DNA of 64,000 bases from a virus, in the IMG/VR virus record IMGVR_UViG_3300023174_000064, positions 32,001 through 96,000 of that record, one strand, 5' to 3'. Below are positions 60,101-64,000 of this stretch, one piece after another. Below the pieces are notes generated by a model. That model saw only the letters and a program-made list of their open reading frames with translations, ran no database searches and had not been told where the DNA came from. The position numbers were made by a program, and so were the translations under genes. Every line of letters begins with the position of its first letter. Position 1 is the first letter of the stretch.

Positions 60101-61045
60101 GACGCCAACAGCTGTGGATTGATTTGGATTTTTACCACGACCAACAGTAATAGTATTAACACGTATATCTGCACCAAACGTGGCACCAGCCGCACTTATA
60201 CCAGCATTAAATGTTTGTACTGGAGTAAACACATTCGCCACTGATGTAGTAACACCAGTAACAGCACCAGTTAATCCGTTAAATGTAGCCACACCAGTTA
60301 AATTACCGGTTAATCCGTTTAAACTACTCACAACATTAGTTACTGTTGGTATACTTGCAGTTAAAGATCCAGTAATGGTAACATTTCCGTTAAAAACAGA
60401 AGCAGCATTAACTGTTAAATTACCGTTTAATGTAGCATTTCCATTTAATGTGGCACCAGCCGCACTTATACCAGCATTAAATGTTTGTACTGGAGTAAAC
60501 ACATTCGCCACTGATGTAGTAACACCAGTAACAGCACCAGTTAATCCGTTGAATGAAGCCACACCACTAACACTATTTGGATTAAATCCTGGAGCAATTA
60601 AATTTCCAGTTATTACGACATTACCATTAAATGTGGCACCACTAGCAGAAATACCTGCTGTGTATTCTTGTAGCGTGGTAAAAATCTGTGTGGTGTCTAA
60701 TCTTGCAATATTTTCTATTGCTCCAAACGATCCGTTTACCGACAAAACGCCAGCATTTGTTATTATGGGATTAGTAGTACCAGTGATGGTTATACCAGAA
60801 TTACCGGATCTAATTCCTGTGACACCAGAAACAGCACCAGTTAAACCATTAAAAGAACTTACGTAATTACTAAAAGTAACAACTCCAGTTAATCCATTAA
60901 ATGCCGCAACATAATCTCCACTAATACCAGTTGAGAGAGACCCACCACATATTCCAGCATTAACAGCTGCAATTAAACTGTTTGTTGTATTGAATAGTGT
61001 TTGAAAAGTATCGTTGCCAGTTAATGAAGTTATTGGTGTTGACAT
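57191..61045 (-). CDS. long tail fibre / adhesin-like protein
   Basis: V.SFNGLTGAV repeats, YadA-head-like NTA.G..AL..N..G repeats, NEIVIG..A.G.GSNT.V.G junction motif three times, C-terminal LIVHDG domain. Confidence 0.85.
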   Translation of the reverse strand: MSTPITSLTGNDTFQTLFNTTNSLIAAVNAGICGGSLSTGISGDYVAAFNGLTGVVTFSNYVSSFNGLTGAVSGVTGIRSGNSGITITGTTNPIITNAGVLSVNGSFGAIENIARLDTTQIFTTLQEYTAGISASGATFNGNVVITGNLIAPGFNPNSVSGVASFNGLTGAVTGVTTSVANVFTPVQTFNAGISAAGATLNGNATLNGNLTVNAASVFNGNVTITGSLTASIPTVTNVVSSLNGLTGNLTGVATFNGLTGAVTGVTTSVANVFTPVQTFNAGISAAGATFGADIRVNTITVGRGKNPNQSTAVGVDVLSSNTDGNDNTAVGYNSLFNNTSGNFNTALGSNALVSNGNGEDNTGIGASSLLQNNNGNDNTAVGYNSLSTNSSGNYNTAVGSAALAANTATGNLGVGYQALTNMVSGNYNTAVGTEAGKNSSTTSKSVLLGYNTRVNTGSLSNNEIVIGADAVGLGSNTAVIGTTLTTKLQIFGNYTTEKGITYSGYQAVLGVCGWFIYSTVIRGETLISSIGYGGITNAGNIKLYHQFYPNIAGIPSTQPDLPILGAQHVGLTAQYTTIARFGVTREVVSGTTQFYRYTYGNNIGIGSRIFADNGSTAGNGVSNTIVIGDNILDPLFSSQYVTGGQPFRNVLIGHEVLNGCTAIREENVFIGYNAGGNGPQYGQGRQAAGAQNCTFIGCRAGTDALYPESCVGIGFQSGGSGLISRPLQSIGIGLNTGLGQEDNVFIGTSVGANNNKKWNTSIGAFSGYYLDGYSYVSVGYAAGAFLPDGDDHTGCTASIFIGADCSPGANDQTNEIVIGYDAIGNGSNTTVIGNTDTTSTTLRGLLSVPSGITGVAFTKDITVNSASVGIGAGNLTSNAALGSGALNANTTGTHNVAVGSGSLLVNTNGADNTGVGFNALTANISGTENSAFGSGALSSNVGGQDNTAVGFNTLTSNTSGSSNVAIGTQALRSNITGSNNTGIGYDAGRYFGSGTSLTSVTGGVFIGYNTRASANSQINEIVIGTNAIGLGSNTAVLGTTLQQSATIYGQLQLPNGLSASGATLSGTMSLNGQSFTNLVSSVNGLTGAVTISTSGAATNVTNTFTAQQIFAAGLSASGATFTGSVVSGGTFSFGRVMGITENNRVIMNAFKIVSKTGLSAEVARFNKNQYNMIDVTSTVNIIDQNTSQGVWPSGIGVEPVGAPIPTGYYIGRKDLIVHDGVSSDGTDRQTYVVAINLTAHPSRLTWDLGCNINGNDAILYLLPQTRQTAIFTGYYTLTPVGLTG
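60180..60550. repeat. perfect 101-bp direct repeat (offset 270 bp)
   Basis: 60180-60280 identical to 60450-60550. Confidence 0.9.
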
Positions 61046-61063
61046 TGTAAGTTAAACTTTCCT

Positions 61064-61753
61064 TTAAATAATACTTCTGATTGTTAATCCGTTTCGGAAA
61101 CCAATATAACCAGTCGTTCCCGTTCTGACTGCAGTAAATATAGGAACCATGTATTCTCCAGTTCCTGCAGTTCTACCAAAACCACTGATTTGTAATTTTA
61201 ATCTGTCTGCACCACAAGGTCCGTTTACAAAATTCATATTATGGGAATCTTGTAGTGTTCTGTCTTGTGTTGTGCCTGCTGTATCGTTTGTTGTGCAACT
61301 AATAGTTACTGGTTTGATCACCATACCGTAATCTCCAGTACTTCCTGTTGCTCCAGTAAATCCACTCATAATAGTTCTTGCAGTATTATTATAAACCCAA
61401 ACACCAAGACCGCCATTAGTGTTATTGTGTTTGATGAGATACCATCCAGCACTTCCTGTTGCAGTAATAGAAGTAGAACCACTAGAAGAAATCAGAGAAG
61501 AAGTATAAGGCGTACATCCATCCCAAGGAACGGTTCCAGCTGTCCATCCCTGACTTTGTAAACCACTATTTAATGTATTTTGTACATAAAATATTTCTTG
61601 AATTTCATTTAATTCAGATGCTTGTAGTGGATATCCTGCTTTAAATGCAACAGCATAATAATTTTTTGAAGCGTTTATTTGAGATTCTACTCTGCTTCTA
61701 AAAGGATTTTGGTTGAACGGAAATCCGCCTGTAAATGGTGTTGGTATTGGCAT
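61064..61753 (-). CDS. miniature DUF4815/VrlC-like virion protein
   Basis: YY.V.FK.G.PLQA.EL.E.Q and GADRLK motifs in only 229 aa. Confidence 0.7.
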   Translation of the reverse strand: MPIPTPFTGGFPFNQNPFRSRVESQINASKNYYAVAFKAGYPLQASELNEIQEIFYVQNTLNSGLQSQGWTAGTVPWDGCTPYTSSLISSSGSTSITATGSAGWYLIKHNNTNGGLGVWVYNNTARTIMSGFTGATGSTGDYGMVIKPVTISCTTNDTAGTTQDRTLQDSHNMNFVNGPCGADRLKLQISGFGRTAGTGEYMVPIFTAVRTGTTGYIGFRNGLTIRSII

Positions 61754-61777
61754 AATTCTATTTTATTTAGTATAAAT

Positions 61778-62875
61778 TTATGTATCGCATGTAAATAATT
61801 CGTTTGGAAACGTATAACCGCTATTTGGTAGTAATTGTGCAAAATCTGATAATTTTATTACACCAAAACTAACACCAACAGGATATTGTGAAATTTCTAC
61901 ATCCCAAGTTGGAAAAATATAAGTTGGAGCAGCCAAACCGGAGATACAACCAAAAGTATAACCTATACTTTGTTTGGAACCTAAAGTATAACCAGTATAA
62001 TTTTTTATTTTTGGTATTTCGTATACGGTTATTAGTGATTGTGCATTGTATTCATTATTAAATATATCCGATCTGTAATTAAATAAATCACGTAATCCTG
62101 CTGGATGCATGATTGGTCTGACAACGCCAGTGTACTCTTGATCACTTAAATTTGCACAATTAATAACGTAAGAGTATTCTTGCCATACATCACCGTCTCC
62201 CATAACCGACCAATTTAATCTGCTTCCTGACAATTGAACATAGCTGGAAGAAACTTCAGCAGAATAATTGCCTAAAGGATTTAAATTATCTTGCATCCAA
62301 TCAAAATTACCACCATTTAATCTAAAAAGGTATCTTTTAGGATAAGAAATAGAAATATTTTCTACTGGAATATTAAAAACTGTGTTTATTAACAGTTTAA
62401 TACTTTCCTCTGATCCTTTCTTTGAGTATATGTTAGATTTTATATTTTTTATTAAATCAATAAGTCCAGTTTCACTGATAATTCCATTAGTTATGGATTG
62501 TTCCGGAATAGCATTCACATAAGAATTTGCAACATTTGTTAATAAACTGGTTGGTATATTTTCTAAATTTGTTAAATCTTCTAGACTGAAAAAATTAATG
62601 CCTGTAATATCATTACATTCGCAAGACAACCATTTATAATATTGTTCCGTTAAAGATATTAAAACAGAATTTGAATTGTTATTAGATATTCTTAACCAAT
62701 ACGGAAATAAATTTGCAATGTTTTGCGGATAATGACAAGTAACTCCAGCAGTTTGTGTTTTTACAAAAAATGAAGAAAGATTAGTGGAAGACGCATCAAA
62801 TTCACCACCACTCAAACCTAAAGTTGTTGGGTTTGTATTTAATTCGTAATTATTATTTTTAAAAATTAAAATCAT
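61778..62875 (-). CDS. gp7: baseplate wedge protein gp7-like
   Basis: YYKWL, LIKNIK...Y..KGSEESIKLL, YP, QEYSYVI, HPAG; follows gp6. Confidence 0.75.
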   Translation of the reverse strand: MILIFKNNNYELNTNPTTLGLSGGEFDASSTNLSSFFVKTQTAGVTCHYPQNIANLFPYWLRISNNNSNSVLISLTEQYYKWLSCECNDITGINFFSLEDLTNLENIPTSLLTNVANSYVNAIPEQSITNGIISETGLIDLIKNIKSNIYSKKGSEESIKLLINTVFNIPVENISISYPKRYLFRLNGGNFDWMQDNLNPLGNYSAEVSSSYVQLSGSRLNWSVMGDGDVWQEYSYVINCANLSDQEYTGVVRPIMHPAGLRDLFNYRSDIFNNEYNAQSLITVYEIPKIKNYTGYTLGSKQSIGYTFGCISGLAAPTYIFPTWDVEISQYPVGVSFGVIKLSDFAQLLPNSGYTFPNELFTCDT

Positions 62876-62879
62876 TTAA

Positions 62880-64000
62880 TTATGTGGATTGTGTTATATT
62901 TGTATTAAATGATGCAGTCAATAAAAATTCATCCTTTATTACGGTAGAGTCTGGATATCGTGGATATGCTGTCATGTCTATAGATTTATTTTTTGCTAAC
63001 ACGTTTTCGCTTATTACAGCATATCCATCAGAATAATTTACATACCCTAAATAACCAAAACCACCAATTAAAGATGAATTTGCATCCACAGAAACAAGTT
63101 TTCCTTCTGTTGCTGTTCCGGTAGAATCAAATGTAATAGGTGTATCTGCCAAATAAATTGTTTGACTGCTATACGATAATCCTGTTGTTTTTATTGCATT
63201 TCCGTATGCTGCTGTGCTTCCAGGTCTTAATTGATTTTTAAAGTTTACTAATTTTTGGCCATCGGAACCACATACTCCTAAAACAAAATTTAAAGAATTT
63301 ATTCCTATACTTTTTATATTTGTAAAATTTGCGTCCGCCACAGTTTTCATATCTGCCACTCTAATATTATTATTAAATATTCTAGGACTATTATAATAAT
63401 TTTGTAATATACCAGCCAAACCAGTCACCGATGTTGAATTAGTTGTTACTACATCTAACGTAATGTTAGCTGTTATTGGTTGTGCCTGAACATATTCAGG
63501 TAAAGTTCCTATTATTGATTTTGCCTTTAAGAATGCTATAGAATTTTTAACTTGTAAAGATCCTGCAGTAATTCCTGTGTTTGCAAAAGAAACAAATATT
63601 CTACCATATGCTGGAGGTGTTGCCGTATCTCCTCCCCATATATTTAATTGTTCTTTTTGGGTTATAGACGAAGGTAGTAAATTTGAAGATAACAAAAAGC
63701 TGTAATAATCTTCTTGTGTTACTGCTCTTTGATTAGCTGCAAACGATTTGGGAGCAGAATAACGAATTGCGTCTAGATTGGGAGAATCTGTTCCACCAGA
63801 AGTAGAAGTAGAACTTTTTATTGTTATACTTGCATTTTTTATAGAAGTAATACTGTTTGCTGCAGTTCCAGAAGAAACCAAATAAGAAACCTGAACAATG
63901 TCGGATTCGTTTATTGTCTTTCCTTCAGAAGTTGAATAACTACTCGCATTTGTTTTTCCAAATACTAGTTGAAATCCATCTACAATTCTTTCAACATAGA
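62880..64000 (-). CDS. gp6: baseplate wedge protein gp6, 3' part (start beyond right edge)
   Basis: Frame open to the window end (YVER...FG...V.YLVSSG..AN), IRYSAP..FAANQRAVT..DY, WGG....PP.YGRIFVS, G.VNY..G. Confidence 0.9.
   Translation of the reverse strand, partial: YVERIVDGFQLVFGKTNASSYSTSEGKTINESDIVQVSYLVSSGTAANSITSIKNASITIKSSTSTSGGTDSPNLDAIRYSAPKSFAANQRAVTQEDYYSFLLSSNLLPSSITQKEQLNIWGGDTATPPAYGRIFVSFANTGITAGSLQVKNSIAFLKAKSIIGTLPEYVQAQPITANITLDVVTTNSTSVTGLAGILQNYYNSPRIFNNNIRVADMKTVADANFTNIKSIGINSLNFVLGVCGSDGQKLVNFKNQLRPGSTAAYGNAIKTTGLSYSSQTIYLADTPITFDSTGTATEGKLVSVDANSSLIGGFGYLGYVNYSDGYAVISENVLAKNKSIDMTAYPRYPDSTVIKDEFLLTASFNTNITQST

Noticed and set aside
60180-60866. 228-aa + strand ORF
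   Set aside because: Mirror frame of the repetitive fibre gene.
1-64000. Stop-codon reassignment, tRNA genes
   Set aside because: Core genes are intact under the standard code, and intergenic gaps are too short or lack cloverleaf motifs.

Overview
64 kb segment of a large T4-like (Tevenvirinae/Kyanoviridae-type) myophage genome, standard genetic code, essentially all genes on the minus strand. Reading in transcription order (right to left): baseplate gp6 (partial) and gp7, a miniature DUF4815-like protein, a long fibre, neck/tail/packaging/head genes (gp13-14-15-16-17-18-19-20, core proteins, gp21, gp22, gp23, gp3), then uvsY-uvsW-gp55-gp47-gp46-rnh-gp45-gp44-gp62-regA. Where gp43 usually follows regA there is instead a ~15 kb AT-rich glycan-synthesis island (about 17 genes: GT10, GT2, GT47, GT77-like, GT32, GT9-like, two uncharacterised DxD paralogs, methyltransferases, nucleotidyltransferase, Glf, epimerase, GT2-TPR). 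This island runs directly into an appendage module (2041-aa multidomain carbohydrate-active protein, two beta-helix tailspikes, collagen fibre, Gly-rich tip cassette) and a partial dUTPase. Main hypothesis: tail, baseplate and fibre proteins are saturated with a G-x-T(S/C) motif that may be the acceptor sequon of a phage-encoded virion glycosylation system. Also notable: a gp7-like C-terminal module on the 2041-aa protein, a perfect antisense sigma70 promoter over the gp55 start, and a family of leaderless promoters. No tRNA, rRNA, CRISPR, intron or intein was recognised. All family assignments are from motif recognition by eye, not database searches.
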